Source of the DNA: Anaerolineales bacterium
Lineage (GTDB): Bacteria > Chloroflexota > Anaerolineae > Anaerolineales > Villigracilaceae
Direction of reading: 5' to 3'
Assembly: GCA_045402985.1 (NCBI GenBank)
Contig: JAXIPJ010000246.1
Location: 2,264-66,263 of the forward strand
Length of the DNA: 64,000 nt
Shown here: in pieces, positions 29,206-39,300 of the stretch
How the letters are laid out: each line of letters begins with the position of its first letter
Position numbering within the stretch: position 1 is the stretch's first letter
Program-made: the position numbers and the translations under genes
The notes under the pieces: generated by a model
Databases searched by the model: none
What the model saw: only the letters and a program-made list of their open reading frames with translations
Told to the model about the DNA's origin: nothing

Positions 29206-32200
29206 ATGACAGCCGCTCCACGCTCGCCTCTTTCGTCAGATTGGCGCGACCTTGCCAGCCTTGGCGAGCAGATTGTCAGCGCGCCCTCGCTGGCTGCCCA
29301 ACGCGACCGCATCATCGCCATGACCTCACGCCTGGTGGAGGGGCAGGTGGACGTTTGGCTGCGCGAGAGTTTATTCCGCTTGCCCGGCACTGAGGAAGAG
29401 TCTTTGTTCCCAAAACAGCCATCCACGCCCGGGATGCAACGCGCCATAAAGTTTGGGAAGGCCAGCACGAAACAGAAGCGGGATGTGAAGAACGGCGCTT
29501 CACGCGGAACGTGGGCCGCCCTCCCGCTTGCAGATCAGGGAATGGCGTTGGGAGCATTGCAAGTGACGCGCGCCAAGGGTCCCGAATTCAGGCAGGATGA
29601 ACTCGACTTGCTCGAAGGGCTGGCGGGTGTGGTCACTGTGAGTTTGGTTGCTTCTCATCGCGTGGCTGTTGAAAGGTTCAGACTCAACCAACTAAATTTG
29701 GTAAGTGAAGTGAGCGCGCAGATCGCGAGCGTAATGAATCTGGATGAACTCGCCAGACGCGTCACTGAACTCATCCAACAAACATTCCATTATTATTATG
29801 TTGCCATCTTTACAATTTACGACCGTTCCGGGCCGGCATCTTTGCGCTTTCGTGCAAGTGCCATGGCGCCGCGTAAAGACAAACGCAAGGCGAAGGTAGC
29901 TTTGGAGGTGGAGACGGGCCAGGGGCTGATCGGGCAGGCTGTAGCGCGGAAAGAACGGGTTATCGTCGCCGATGTACGCAAGGATGCGCGCTATCGCTTC
30001 ATCGATGCCCTGCCAGAGACGCGTTCTGAAGCGGTTATCCCATTAAAGATAAAAGATCGTGTGCTGGGGGTACTGGATGTACAAAGCGATCAACTAAATG
30101 CGTTCCATCCAAATGATCTCTTGATCCTGGGCGCGCTCGCAGATACCACCGCGCGGGCAGTGGAAGGTGCGCGTCTGTATGGCGATCTGCGACGACGCGC
30201 CGATCAATTGACCTTGATCTCGGAAGTGAGCAAAAGTGTGAGCTCATCTCTTGAACTGGGAAAGTTGATGACCAACGTCGCAGACCTGATCCACGACAGA
30301 TTCGGTTTTCCTTATATTCAACTCTTCACCGTGCATCCAAATCGCGGGTTGATCAAATATCAGGCTGGCAGCGGCGTGCGTAGTTCAGAACTCGCGGGCT
30401 ACAGCCTTTCACTGCATGATGCAGAGGGAATTATTCCCTGGGTGGCCCGTGAAGGACAACTGATCCTTGCTAATAACGTCAAGAAAGATAAACGTTATCG
30501 CGCCTCGCCACAGCCCCCACAGGATACAAAGTCAGAACTGTGCGTGCCGCTTCTTTATGATAATAAAGTTGTTGGCGTGCTGGATATCCAATCCAACCGC
30601 ATCAACGCCTTTGCTGAAGATGAACGCAGGATGTTGGAAGCGGTCGCAGATAATATCGCGACCGCCATCCACAACGCCGACCTGTATCGTTCTGAACAAT
30701 GGCGGCGGCAGGTGGCGGATGGCTTGCGCGAAGTGGCAGGTTTGATCTCAGCCGATGCAGACCTGGACGATGTGCTGGAAGCCATTTTGGAGGAGTTGGA
30801 TCGCAATTTATCTGTTGACATTTCAGCGATCTGGCTCCTGGACGGGGATGATCTATATTTGGCCGCCAGCAACTCGGATGAAGACAAGTTGGAAAAGACT
30901 CTTTTTGATTCACCCGCTTCCTATGAGGCCCTCATGCAGGTGGTCCATTCTGAAGGCCCACAGGTTCGAAAACCTTCAGATCCCATTTGGGTATCTGGCC
31001 TGGCCGCAGGCTTCGACCAGGATTATTCTGCACTGGCTGTGCCTTTGCGCCTTGGCGACCAGCCTTTGGGTGTGATCACGCTCGCACACAGCACGCCCGG
31101 CAGATATGGTCACGAAGCTCGCACGATGACAACAACCTTCGCCAGCTACGCCGCGGTTGCAATTGAGAATGCGCGCCTGTACGATGCCGCCCAGGAGCAG
31201 GCGTATGCGTCTGCCGCATTGTTGCAGGTTGCACAAGCTATCGTCAGTTTGAATGACCTGGATGAAATTCTGAGCACCATCATTCGTATCATGCCGATCC
31301 TCGTTGGTGTGGCACGCGCCGCCCTCTATCAGTGGAATGCTGACAAAGAACTCTTCCTTCCCTCGCAGGAATATGGCCTCAGCAATGAGGATGAAAACAT
31401 TTTTTGGGAGCGCTCCCTTGCGCCCGGAGAATTCCCTCTGCTGGACGCATGCCGCGACGCGACGACTCTGCTTGCATGCCAGTTGGATGACCAAGGTGGT
31501 TTCAACGCCTGGCTCTCGGTGGACCCATCTCAGGATGTCAACCTCGGTACGCCGGGCGCGCTATTGTTCGCCGTCCCCATCGCCGTCAAAGATGATCTCT
31601 TTGGTGTGATGCTGATCGAGGAAGCGGCAGGCGGTTTACGCTTCCGGGCGCGCCGGCTTGAGATCATCACGGGCATCGCCCAGCAGGCCGCGCTTGCCAT
31701 CCAGAATGACCTCCTCCAAAAGGAGATGGTGGTACGCGAACGCCTAGAAACGGAAGTGCAGCTGGCGCGGCAGATCCAGCAGACCTTCATCCCCGAGTCG
31801 CTGCCGCAATTTCCGAATTGGGAACTGGCCGCGCGCTGGAAGACTGCCCGCCAGGTGGGCGGAGATTTCTACGATGTATTTGACCTGCCAGATAACCACC
31901 TCGGACTCTTCATTGCGGATGTAGCAGACAAAGGTGTTCCCGCTGCGCTCTTCATGGCGCTCACACGGACCCTGGTACGCGCCGCCGTTATCGAGAACAC
32001 CTCACCCGCTGACGCCATGAAACGCGTCAATGACCTGCTCATCCCCGATACACGTCAGGGTATGTTTGTGACAGCAGTCTATGCTGTGCTCGATATGGAA
32101 AATGATGAGCTGACCTATGTCATCGCCGGGCATAACCCACCCTTGTGGGTGAAACGTGACGGGGGCATTGAAAGACTCACTCGCACTGCCATTGCGCTGG

Positions 32201-32466
32201 GTGTGGTGATTGGCGAACCCGTGGAACAGCGCACTATCAAGCTCGAACCTGGCGATAACGTTTTTCTATACACAGATGGTCTCACCGAAGCCTTCAACAT
32301 GGACGGTGAATTTTACGGCGAACAACGGCTCATGGACGCTATCACTTCCAACCAAAGCGACTCCGCTTCGGATCTGCTGGATGTAGTTGAGAAATCCCTC
32401 CTGAACTTCGTACAAGATATGCCCCCCGCCGATGACCTGACGATGCTGGTGTTGAGGAGAGTGTGA
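29206..32466 (+). CDS. Multi-GAF PP2C phosphatase (RsbU/SpoIIE family)
   Basis: Several GAF domains; VGGDFYD, IADVADKGVPAAL, AGHNPP, LYTDGLTE, DDLTML. Confidence 0.93.
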   Translation: MTAAPRSPLSSDWRDLASLGEQIVSAPSLAAQRDRIIAMTSRLVEGQVDVWLRESLFRLPGTEEESLFPKQPSTPGMQRAIKFGKASTKQKRDVKNGASRGTWAALPLADQGMALGALQVTRAKGPEFRQDELDLLEGLAGVVTVSLVASHRVAVERFRLNQLNLVSEVSAQIASVMNLDELARRVTELIQQTFHYYYVAIFTIYDRSGPASLRFRASAMAPRKDKRKAKVALEVETGQGLIGQAVARKERVIVADVRKDARYRFIDALPETRSEAVIPLKIKDRVLGVLDVQSDQLNAFHPNDLLILGALADTTARAVEGARLYGDLRRRADQLTLISEVSKSVSSSLELGKLMTNVADLIHDRFGFPYIQLFTVHPNRGLIKYQAGSGVRSSELAGYSLSLHDAEGIIPWVAREGQLILANNVKKDKRYRASPQPPQDTKSELCVPLLYDNKVVGVLDIQSNRINAFAEDERRMLEAVADNIATAIHNADLYRSEQWRRQVADGLREVAGLISADADLDDVLEAILEELDRNLSVDISAIWLLDGDDLYLAASNSDEDKLEKTLFDSPASYEALMQVVHSEGPQVRKPSDPIWVSGLAAGFDQDYSALAVPLRLGDQPLGVITLAHSTPGRYGHEARTMTTTFASYAAVAIENARLYDAAQEQAYASAALLQVAQAIVSLNDLDEILSTIIRIMPILVGVARAALYQWNADKELFLPSQEYGLSNEDENIFWERSLAPGEFPLLDACRDATTLLACQLDDQGGFNAWLSVDPSQDVNLGTPGALLFAVPIAVKDDLFGVMLIEEAAGGLRFRARRLEIITGIAQQAALAIQNDLLQKEMVVRERLETEVQLARQIQQTFIPESLPQFPNWELAARWKTARQVGGDFYDVFDLPDNHLGLFIADVADKGVPAALFMALTRTLVRAAVIENTSPADAMKRVNDLLIPDTRQGMFVTAVYAVLDMENDELTYVIAGHNPPLWVKRDGGIERLTRTAIALGVVIGEPVEQRTIKLEPGDNVFLYTDGLTEAFNMDGEFYGEQRLMDAITSNQSDSASDLLDVVEKSLLNFVQDMPPADDLTMLVLRRV

Positions 32467-32494
32467 GGTTTGATTGGTACTATACAAGGCTAGG

Positions 32495-33721
32495 ATGAAA
32501 CAGATTTTGAGTTATGTGAACCTACTTGTCATAGCAGGTTTATTGACTGCTTGTGGTGCTGCTACTCCTACTGCAAATAACTTGGAAACGGCTATGCCGG
32601 TCTACACTGAGATTGCAACAAGTTCTCCAATCCCTTTGTCTGCGAGTCTTACCTCTCCTCCTGATACAACCACACCAACACCTACAGAAATGTCTCGTTC
32701 ATTTCTGTTAGAAAATTTGGGCCTGGGAGTGCGGGGCACTCCTCAATATTCACCCGACGGTGAATGGTTAATCCTGCCAACCAGTGTGGGCGTCTTTGTC
32801 TTGAATACCGCTTCTTATCAGACTGGTCGTCTTTTGGTATCTTTTCCTGACTATTCCAGTGATCGGGTGACTATATCTCCTGATGGAAAACTCGTTGCAT
32901 GGGGAAATAACCTAATGTCAGTAAACGATGGATATAACCTGCCAGATTTACAAATACCATCGAGCGTTAGTACTATAAGCAGTTACAGCGCTCTCACCGA
33001 GACTAGATTTTCCCCAGATAATAGATTATTGGCTGTATTCTATACGGATACACAGATGGATATTTGGGATCTGCTCGATGGGAAATTCTTATATACCCTA
33101 CCGGCAGTATCTATGATGGATTTTTCACCAGATAGTCATTTCATTGCTACCGTATCGATTGTAGACAAAAATTGGCTCATTCAATTGTATGAAGCTCAAA
33201 CTGGAAAGATGGTGAAAGACTGGCCAGGTGAACGGGCTGTATTCTTACCCGATAACCGCCTGGCATTAGAATCAACTGGCGGGATAAGAATTTATGATCC
33301 TTCCACAGGTAAAGTGCCACATGTCTTCAATGGGAAATTCCCCGCGTTTTCTCCAGATGGGAAGTTGATCGCTTTACTTTACTACAATCAAGTGGAAATC
33401 CATCAAATCAATGATGCGAAATTGCTTCACAGACTGCAAGGCAAGTTTACGAATGTAGACAGATTTAGCATGCGCTTTGCTCCCGATGGGCAATCTCTAG
33501 CAGGATATGCCTACTGGTCCTATTGTTGCGCAGGTTATGCAGGAAGACTCTCCCTCTGGCGTGTAGCGGATGGTGCCTTGATTAGAGGTATTCCATTCGT
33601 AGGAAGTTTCAATTTTTCGCCCGATGGTGAGGCACTTGCGGTAGCTCATCATGGTTTGCAGATTTGGAATACAGTAGACGGTTCAGTACGTATTGATTTG
33701 AAAGGGATAACTATTCCATAA
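32495..33721 (+). CDS. WD40-repeat lipoprotein
   Basis: Lipobox LLTAC, S/T/P linker, repeated FSPDG/FSPD blades. Confidence 0.85.
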   Translation: MKQILSYVNLLVIAGLLTACGAATPTANNLETAMPVYTEIATSSPIPLSASLTSPPDTTTPTPTEMSRSFLLENLGLGVRGTPQYSPDGEWLILPTSVGVFVLNTASYQTGRLLVSFPDYSSDRVTISPDGKLVAWGNNLMSVNDGYNLPDLQIPSSVSTISSYSALTETRFSPDNRLLAVFYTDTQMDIWDLLDGKFLYTLPAVSMMDFSPDSHFIATVSIVDKNWLIQLYEAQTGKMVKDWPGERAVFLPDNRLALESTGGIRIYDPSTGKVPHVFNGKFPAFSPDGKLIALLYYNQVEIHQINDAKLLHRLQGKFTNVDRFSMRFAPDGQSLAGYAYWSYCCAGYAGRLSLWRVADGALIRGIPFVGSFNFSPDGEALAVAHHGLQIWNTVDGSVRIDLKGITIP

Positions 33722-33822
33722 AGGAAAAGATTATACATTTTACAAAATTTTTACATCCCCGCCATACGCGCATAACCTATGTATCCTACAATCATTATCA
33801 TAACCTTGAAAGGAGGTTTACG

Positions 33823-34335
33823 GTGATGATTTTATTATTCAGGAAGACCGTTTTGCTGGCGCTTGTCGCCGCACTTGGATTTGCGACTCTCTCGGTTGGG
33901 AGCGTTTCCGCCGCGGGGCAGGGACAAGTATCCAACGAAAGGTTGGAGAAAGTCTGGGCGCGTCAACTCCGTATCTATGCATTGATGGGGCGCACGGATA
34001 ATTTTGTCGAAAAGGCCCAACAATTGATCGATCGCGCGGCAGAAAACGGCAAGGATGTCTCAGCCCTGCAAGCCGCGCTGGATGCTTTCGAAGCCTCGTT
34101 GAAGGATGCCCAGCCTATTTACGAGAGTGTGAAGGGGATCGTCAACTCACATCAGGGATTTGACGATAACGGCAAAGTGACCGACGCCGAAAAAGCAAAA
34201 GAAACCGTGATGGCGATGGGCGAAAAGATGAAAGAGATCAAAGATGTCATGGACGGCACAGGCAAGACATTGCGTGAAGCGCTCAAAGCCTTTCGCCAGG
34301 CCAACCCGCGACCTGAGAGAACACCGATTCCTTAA
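33823..34335 (+). CDS. Secreted helical hypothetical protein
   Basis: AGGAGG RBS, signal peptide ending VSA, amphipathic helices. Confidence 0.8.
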   Translation: MMILLFRKTVLLALVAALGFATLSVGSVSAAGQGQVSNERLEKVWARQLRIYALMGRTDNFVEKAQQLIDRAAENGKDVSALQAALDAFEASLKDAQPIYESVKGIVNSHQGFDDNGKVTDAEKAKETVMAMGEKMKEIKDVMDGTGKTLREALKAFRQANPRPERTPIP

Positions 34336-34337
34336 TA

Positions 34338-34511
34338 ATGTCATTCTGAGCGACCGTAGGGAGCGACACTTGCGCCGTACGTCCCAGATCCCGCAGCACG
34401 GAGCTGCAGGCTCTGGGATCGCGGGACAGTGCAGGTGAGAATCTCTCCTCTCGTTAGGAGTCTGATAAGCGAATCAGAGATTCTTCGCCGTTTCACGGCT
34501 CAGAATGACAT
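34338..34511. repeat. REP/MITE-like palindromic element with nested insert
   Basis: 14-bp terminal inverted repeats ATGTCATTCTGAGC / GCTCAGAATGACAT; inner arm CGAAGAATCTC (partner GAGATTCTTCG) is interrupted by a 71-bp insert at 34367-34437. Confidence 0.75.
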
Positions 34512-34714
34512 ATCCTGTAAAGGGTTGTTTGACTTTTCAGACAGTTTCTAAGCGTTCTGTGATCTCCCCTTTGTGTTCTTAGTATCCTTCGTGTTGGATT
34601 CTTTACGAGCAAAAAAGTTTACACAAACCCACAATCAGAAGTACAATCGCCTCACCACAATTACCATTCACCAATTACTAATCACCATCTAAAAATCCAA
34701 AAACGTGAGGCAGA

Positions 34715-35125
34715 ATGTATACAACTGAAGGCAAGAAAATTGTCTCCACCGACAAAGCGCCGAAAGCCATCGGCCCCTACTCGCAAGCCATTCGCACAGA
34801 AAACCTGGTCTTCAGTGCCGGTCAGATCGGCCTTGACCCTGTCACAATGGAGATGGTTGAAGGCGGTATCGAAGCGCAGACCCGTCAGGTGCTGACTAAT
34901 CTGCAGCATGTGCTGGAAGTAGCCGACTCGGGCTTGAACTTTATCGTTAAGACTACTGTCTTTCTGCACGACATGCGCGATTTCGCGAATATGAATTCCG
35001 TCTACACCGAATTCTTTCCTGAGAACCCTCCCGCGCGCAGCACAGTCCAGGTGGCAGCACTCCCCAAAAACGCACTGGTCGAGATCGAATGCGTAGCCCT
35101 CCTAAACCCCACCCGTGGCGACTAA
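34715..35125 (+). CDS. ridA: RidA/YjgF family enamine deaminase
   Basis: APKAIGPYSQAI, SAGQIG, VKTTVFL, PPARSTVQVAALPK, VEIEC. Confidence 0.92.
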   Translation: MYTTEGKKIVSTDKAPKAIGPYSQAIRTENLVFSAGQIGLDPVTMEMVEGGIEAQTRQVLTNLQHVLEVADSGLNFIVKTTVFLHDMRDFANMNSVYTEFFPENPPARSTVQVAALPKNALVEIECVALLNPTRGD

Positions 35126-35148
35126 TCACTGATCACTCATAACTGAAA

Positions 35149-35859
35149 TTGCACCACGACCTCATCCTCCTCGTTGATGACGAACCATCCATCATTCAGC
35201 TGGCGCGCCTGTATCTTGAACGCGAAGGCTTTCGCATTCATTCCGTCAACGATGGACAAGCTGCGCTCGACGCGGTAACGCGTGAGCATCCCGCGCTTGT
35301 GGTTCTGGATCTTATGCTCCCAAAACTGGATGGTCTTGAGGTCTGCCGCCGTTTGCGCGCTTCGCAGGATCCCACCGCCATCCTCATGCTCACCGCCCGC
35401 GACGAAGATATTGACAAGATCCTCGGCCTCGAACTCGGCGCGGATGATTACCTGACCAAGCCGTTCAACCCGCGTGAACTCGTTGCGCGCGTCAAGGCGA
35501 TTCTGCGGCGTGGCGAGAGACAGCATGAGGATACGGCCAAACCGATCCATATCGGTGACTTGTTGATCGACCCTGCCAGACGGGAGGTGCGCCTCTCTTC
35601 TTCGATGCTTCGACAAGGCTCAACACAGGCTGTCAGCCTGCGCGCGCAGGAATTTGACCTTCTCCTAGCCTTCGCCGAACACCGCGGACTCGTCCTCAGC
35701 CGCGAGCAAATATTACAGAAGGCCTGGGGCTTCGACTTCTACGGTCAAACGCGTACGGTCGATGTACATGTGGCGCACCTGCGCAAAAAACTGGAGGCAA
35801 GTTCGGTAAAGATCGAGACCGTCACAGGTGTTGGATATAAACTGGTTACCTCGTCCTGA
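35149..35859 (+). CDS. OmpR-family DNA-binding response regulator
   Basis: LLVDDE, LDLMLP, GADDYLTKPF, RTVDVHVAHLRKKL, VTGVGYK. Confidence 0.93.
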   Translation: MHHDLILLVDDEPSIIQLARLYLEREGFRIHSVNDGQAALDAVTREHPALVVLDLMLPKLDGLEVCRRLRASQDPTAILMLTARDEDIDKILGLELGADDYLTKPFNPRELVARVKAILRRGERQHEDTAKPIHIGDLLIDPARREVRLSSSMLRQGSTQAVSLRAQEFDLLLAFAEHRGLVLSREQILQKAWGFDFYGQTRTVDVHVAHLRKKLEASSVKIETVTGVGYKLVTSS

Positions 35860-35890
35860 GCGAAGACGATGGACACGTGTATAAACAAAC

Positions 35891-36796
35891 ATGGAATCCC
35901 TAACAAAATTCTGGCCTCTCATATACTCGACGATCAAGGAATTCTGGAGTATCACCGAACCGCAGATTGAAGAAGCAGCGATTCGGCATGATATCCCTGT
36001 TGAGTTGTATTTTTATAGTGAACTGGGACTGGAATATTTTTCGACGGAGGATTTCCAAAAAAGGGACCCTTTCTCAAATCCCGAACAATTCGAGAAATTA
36101 TTTGCCCACCTTTTTTTCAAAGGCTGGATCGAAGCTCCGATGCGAGATGGACGACATCAAGTGACCGAAAAGGCACGTGATGGGGCGCGTCTCATCATTC
36201 AAGCGGGCGACTCGCATTTATCCAGTTTGGAGCCGCTCGTTGATGTTAACTTGAGAAAGCTGGCGCTATTGCTAAAGCAGATTGCCACTGCAAACAATGC
36301 TGCCTCCGAGCCTCCCCAAAAATGGGCGATCCTCAAACGTTTCCGTGTGGCGGATAAAGATAGCCCCTGGCTTGCCCAGGTCAGGGAATATCTGATGGAC
36401 TTATTTGCCTATCGCGATGATGCGCATCTTTCGGCATCGCATCCACACTTCGGACGAGCGGGGATCGTCTGGAGTGTGCTTGGCTCTGTCTGGAGCGGGA
36501 ACGCGGTTACTGCCGACCAAATGACAGAGAGCATGGCATTTCGCGGTTACGATGTCAATGATTATGAAGTAGCTATCCAGGCCGCGGTGCAGATCGAGTG
36601 GCTTGAAAGCGCCGAAATTCCTGGCGCATTCCGTCCCACAACAATGGGGAGAGAACTGCGCGAACAGGCTGAAGGACTCACGAATGAGTATTTCTTTCGT
36701 CCATGGTCAGCAATAAGCCCGGATGAACTCGATGAGCTGTTCGACCTGCTGACGAAATTACGCGACCAGTTGCACGAATTGAAGAAATCCAAGTAG
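35891..36796 (+). CDS. Hypothetical protein (two wHTH-like halves possible)
   Basis: 301-aa ORF between RR and HK; YRDDAHL motif; no confident family. Confidence 0.7.
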   Translation: MESLTKFWPLIYSTIKEFWSITEPQIEEAAIRHDIPVELYFYSELGLEYFSTEDFQKRDPFSNPEQFEKLFAHLFFKGWIEAPMRDGRHQVTEKARDGARLIIQAGDSHLSSLEPLVDVNLRKLALLLKQIATANNAASEPPQKWAILKRFRVADKDSPWLAQVREYLMDLFAYRDDAHLSASHPHFGRAGIVWSVLGSVWSGNAVTADQMTESMAFRGYDVNDYEVAIQAAVQIEWLESAEIPGAFRPTTMGRELREQAEGLTNEYFFRPWSAISPDELDELFDLLTKLRDQLHELKKSK

Positions 36797-36851
36797 GTCG
36801 GGCTTTTAGCCCGACGCAATCGGTTTATGGCGGGTTGCAAACCCGCCCTAC
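36793..36851. repeat. GTAG-type REP inverted doublet
   Basis: GTAG-GTCGGGC-TTTTA-GCCCGAC ... GGCGGGTT-GCA-AACCCGCC-CTAC. Confidence 0.7.
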
Positions 36852-36866
36852 GCATACTTTGAGTAA

Positions 36867-38237
36867 ATGTTTACATCCCTGCGTGCCCGTCTTTGGTTAA
36901 GTTACACTCTTGTCACCACGATCGCATTGAGCATTGTGACGGTGGTGCTATTCGTGTTTCTCATTCGCAACCCCTTGCTATCACGGCAGACACAGGAACG
37001 ATTAAGGATCGCACAAAACTTGATCAATGCAAATCCACAGGATTTCATTAATGATGCCGCGGCACTTGAAAGAATTAAGCAGACTTATGATGTGCGTGTA
37101 CTGGTCTTTAACCCTGCGCGTGATCTGGTGTTGGATTCAAACCCGAACGATGCGCAACTTCCATTTCCGCGCAGGAATATTTTAGGTAGAAATCAACAGA
37201 CGGTGGTGGACGCAAATGGTCGGGCCTGGCTATATGCTGTGAGTCGCCTCGCTGATCGGAACACTCTGGTCGTTGCCGCACCGCGTCCACGCGTTCCGAT
37301 ATTGAATATATTTGCAGATCAGTTTTTACTTCCGATTCTCCAGGGCGGGTTGATCGCCTTGTTGCTTTCACTGATCCTGGCATTCGCACTCTCGCGCTGG
37401 GTGGCGGACCCGTTGCAACAGGTCGTGGTCGCGGCGCGGAATTTCCCGTCAGAAACGCTGAAGCCTGTTTCGCCGCGCGGCCCGCGCGAGGTGCAGGACC
37501 TGACGCGGGCTTTCAATTCGATGGTCGAGCGCGTGCACACCAGTGTACAATCGCAAAAGGATTTCGTGGCAAATGTCTCGCATGAGTTGAAGACTCCGCT
37601 CACATCCATTCAAGGATTTGCACAAGCCATTTTGGATGATACGGCTGATTCGCCCGAAGCGAAAAAACAAGCCGCGCAGATCATCTACAACGAATCTGGG
37701 CGGATGCATCGTATGGCGCTCGACCTGTTGGATCTGGCGCGTTTCGAAGGCGGTATCGCGGATCTGAAAATGTCCGCAGTGGATGTGGGCGCGTTATTGC
37801 GCGGCATCGTTGAGAAGTTCACGCCTCAGGCACAAAAGGCTGGCGTACGTTTGCAGGTGAATATTCCGGATCACTTGCCCTTGTTGATCGGTGATGGTGA
37901 CAGGCTGGCGCAGGTCTTTACGAATTTGATGGATAACGCCTTAAAGTTCACGCCCGCAAATGGGCAGGTGACTCTTGCGGCGGCGAGTGTGGGGGACGAG
38001 ATGGAGCTTTCGGTAACAGATACCGGCATAGGCGTCGAGGCTGAGGCGTTGCCACGTCTGTTTGATCGCTTTTATCAGGTTGATCCATCCAGAGCGGGGG
38101 GCGATAATCATGGGGCCGGGCTGGGGCTGGCAATTGTGAAGGAAATTGTTCAGGTGCATGGTGGTAGAATTAGCGTCCGCAGTCAGGCGGAGCACAGTAC
38201 CGCGTTTGTGATCCACCTGCCACTAGCGAGAAAATGA
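36867..38237 (+). CDS. HAMP-domain sensor histidine kinase
   Basis: Two TM segments, HAMP, FVANVSHELKTPLT, NLMDNALKF, DTGIG, GAGLGLAI. Confidence 0.94.
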   Translation: MFTSLRARLWLSYTLVTTIALSIVTVVLFVFLIRNPLLSRQTQERLRIAQNLINANPQDFINDAAALERIKQTYDVRVLVFNPARDLVLDSNPNDAQLPFPRRNILGRNQQTVVDANGRAWLYAVSRLADRNTLVVAAPRPRVPILNIFADQFLLPILQGGLIALLLSLILAFALSRWVADPLQQVVVAARNFPSETLKPVSPRGPREVQDLTRAFNSMVERVHTSVQSQKDFVANVSHELKTPLTSIQGFAQAILDDTADSPEAKKQAAQIIYNESGRMHRMALDLLDLARFEGGIADLKMSAVDVGALLRGIVEKFTPQAQKAGVRLQVNIPDHLPLLIGDGDRLAQVFTNLMDNALKFTPANGQVTLAAASVGDEMELSVTDTGIGVEAEALPRLFDRFYQVDPSRAGGDNHGAGLGLAIVKEIVQVHGGRISVRSQAEHSTAFVIHLPLARK

Positions 38238-38295
38238 TTCATACGGATTGCGAATTACGCATTATCATTGTAGTTCGTGATCCGTAAATTCTAAT

Positions 38296-39300
38296 ATGCC
38301 ACCCAAAGTTTCAATCATTGTTCCCTGTTACAACGAGCAATCCACCATCCGTTTACTGCTGGAGGCCTTGCGCCAGCAGACGTTTCCGCGCGCTGAAATG
38401 GAAGTGATCATTGCAGACGGGCTTTCCCGTGACGGTACGCGGGATGCAATTGCTTTGTTCCAAAAAGATTTTCCAGATCTGGATGTGCGCGTAGTGGATA
38501 ACACGCGTCGTTCCATCCCGTCGGCGGTGAACTGCGCTATCGAGAATTCGCGTGGCGAGATCATTGTCCGGTTGGACGCGCACTCCAAGCCGTATCCCGA
38601 TTACGTGGAGAATTGTGTCAACGCATTAGAGGAAGGACGCGGCGATACCATCGGTGGCGTGTGGGAAATTCACCCGGGCGCGCAGACCTGGATCGCAAGG
38701 TCCATTGCGGTTGCGGCGGCACATCCGCTCGGCGTGGGGGATGCATTTTATCGTCACACGAAACTGGCTGCAGAAGTAGATACGGTCCCATTCGGCTCAT
38801 TCCGACGTTCACTGGTAGATCGGGTGGGGTACTTCGATGAATCGCTGCTTACGAATGAAGATTACGAGTTCTATGCTCGTGTGAGAAAGGCGGGTGGTAG
38901 AATCTGGCTTGATCCGGCCATACGTTCAGTTTATTTTGCGAGGTCAACTTTGGGTCAACTCGCACAGCAATACAAGCGTTATGGATTCTGGAAGTGGCGT
39001 ATGCTTCGTCGCTACCCCAAAACTCTGCGCTGGAGGCAGGCGCTGCCTCCATTATTCGTTCTCAGTGTGATCCTCTTGGGTCTTGCTTCGATATTCATTC
39101 CTTTTCTGAGCATCCTACTTGCATTAGAACTTCTGCTTTATTTTTCCGTCGTTTTGTATGCAGGCTTGCGGGTCGCATTGCGTCAGCGTAAGGCATATTT
39201 ATTCCCGGGCTTGTTGCTAACGATCCCGATCATGCATGTTTCCTGGGGTGGTGGGTTTTTGTGGAGTATCTTCACGGCGGGTTTCCAAAAGCATGGCTGA
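38296..39300 (+). CDS. Glycosyltransferase family 2 (ExoA-like)
   Basis: VSIIVPCYNE, DGLSRDGT, RLDAH, VDTVPFG, NEDYE, C-terminal TM helices. Confidence 0.92.
   Translation: MPPKVSIIVPCYNEQSTIRLLLEALRQQTFPRAEMEVIIADGLSRDGTRDAIALFQKDFPDLDVRVVDNTRRSIPSAVNCAIENSRGEIIVRLDAHSKPYPDYVENCVNALEEGRGDTIGGVWEIHPGAQTWIARSIAVAAAHPLGVGDAFYRHTKLAAEVDTVPFGSFRRSLVDRVGYFDESLLTNEDYEFYARVRKAGGRIWLDPAIRSVYFARSTLGQLAQQYKRYGFWKWRMLRRYPKTLRWRQALPPLFVLSVILLGLASIFIPFLSILLALELLLYFSVVLYAGLRVALRQRKAYLFPGLLLTIPIMHVSWGGGFLWSIFTAGFQKHG

Noticed and set aside
28355-32466. Partner-switching trio as a novel system
   Set aside because: Standard RsbV/RsbW/RsbU-type arrangement
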